From positions 1,209,250 through 1,273,249 of the forward strand of contig NW_003314298.1 of assembly GCF_000143415.4 (NCBI RefSeq): a stretch of 64,000 nt of DNA, written 5' to 3'. The notes under the pieces are model-generated. The model was not told the origin of the DNA and made no database searches. It worked only from the letters and a program-made list of their open reading frames with translations. A program made the translations under genes and the position numbers. Each line of letters begins with the position of its first letter. Within the stretch, counting starts at the first letter, position 1. Origin of the DNA: Selaginella moellendorffii. Lineage: Eukaryota > Plantae > Lycopodiophyta. This document shows, one piece after another, positions 63,132 through 64,000 of the stretch.

Positions 63132-63998
63132 ATGTTCTTTACATTTTGTGTTTTCTTACTAATACAATCTAGTCTTCAAGCCTCAATTATATGGGGAAAT
63201 ACTAATAATTTAAATGAACAAGATATTAACAATATAATGAATCAAGGGTTTTATGAGCTTACTACAAGGTTAATTGGCAATGAATTATATCCACCTGATT
63301 TTGTAGATTTTAAATTAGTAACTGTTTCTAGAGGTGCAGTTTGTGTGGCAATAAGGCGAATAAAAGGATCTGCTGGTAGATGTTCAAATTCAAATGATGA
63401 AGTGAAAGGGTCAAATATGAAACGTCAAATAAATCTTCTAATTGAAAATTACCATGAAAGGATGGTTATGGAAGGTGCAGATGCAGTACGAATAACTGGA
63501 TCTCTATATGAAATACAATATGCTGTAGTGGTATGGAATAAGAAATCCGAATTGTTATTTAAAAAGAGATTTATAAATGGTATTCTTTCAAGTGGAAATT
63601 GCCAAACATCATTGAGTACACTTGATAGTGGATTCCCAATTTATCAAGTACTTTACACGGACCATTTTTTAATATCACCAAATAAAAAAAACATTTTACT
63701 TTTGCAGTATAATTGTAATTTGGTTCTTTATTCAGGACTAAAAAAAATATGGGAAACATTAGTATTTAAACTTGATGGTTTCTGTAAATTAATACTTCAG
63801 AAAGATGGTAACTTAGTAATTTATACAAGAAAATGGGAAGTTTTATGGTCTATAGGAAAATATTGTAAAAATCCTAAATGTTTTATTTTTACATATATAA
63901 CTTTACAAAATGATTGTGATTTGGTCTCATACAAATTAAAAGCACCTAATGATGTTTGGTGGGCTTTAAGTACTGCAAATGATATTTTATGTACATGA
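63132..63998 (+). CDS. Secreted protein with uncharacterised N-terminal domain and C-terminal bulb-type (GNA-like) lectin domain
   Basis: Signal peptide MFFTFCVFLLIQSSLQA. Three QxDxNxVxY-type repeats (QYNCNLVLY, QKDGNLVIY, QNDCDLVSY). Intronless and very AT-rich. Confidence 0.8.
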   Translation: MFFTFCVFLLIQSSLQASIIWGNTNNLNEQDINNIMNQGFYELTTRLIGNELYPPDFVDFKLVTVSRGAVCVAIRRIKGSAGRCSNSNDEVKGSNMKRQINLLIENYHERMVMEGADAVRITGSLYEIQYAVVVWNKKSELLFKKRFINGILSSGNCQTSLSTLDSGFPIYQVLYTDHFLISPNKKNILLLQYNCNLVLYSGLKKIWETLVFKLDGFCKLILQKDGNLVIYTRKWEVLWSIGKYCKNPKCFIFTYITLQNDCDLVSYKLKAPNDVWWALSTANDILCT

Positions 63999-64000
63999 TT

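Overview
Eukaryotic plant nuclear DNA: gene-dense, with 50-100 nt GT-AG introns and many PLS-class PPR relics. The style suggests a lycophyte such as Selaginella; this is inference. Intact genes from left to right: FHA-domain protein (-), CLASSY-like SAWADEE+SNF2 remodeler (+), ATG18 (-), pyruvate dehydrogenase kinase (-), secreted A1 aspartic protease (+), a second ATG18 (-), two intact and one nonsense-disrupted intronless Kelch-like genes (-), PFP alpha subunit (+), SAGL1-like F-box/Kelch (+), a PLS-E PPR (-), a three-exon RGF/GLV/CLEL-type peptide precursor (-), COQ3 (-), an apparently domesticated MULE/SWIM protein (+) and an AT-rich B-lectin (+). The stretch from 11.5 to 45 kb is heavily rearranged. 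It holds a ~3.6 kb inverted duplication (LINE plus PPR relics) bracketing ~20 kb and a ~1.06 kb element with long terminal inverted repeats. It also holds a triplicated cassette made of a decayed Crinkler/fungal-type kinase, a deleted chimera of the neighbouring PDK and ATG18 5' regions, and the Kelch-like ORF. The most notable items are this cassette (possible promoter capture by a new gene family), the RGF-like peptide gene with an upstream ER13 auxin element, and the DDE-dead MULE gene. Exon boundaries were read by eye, and no database searches were run.
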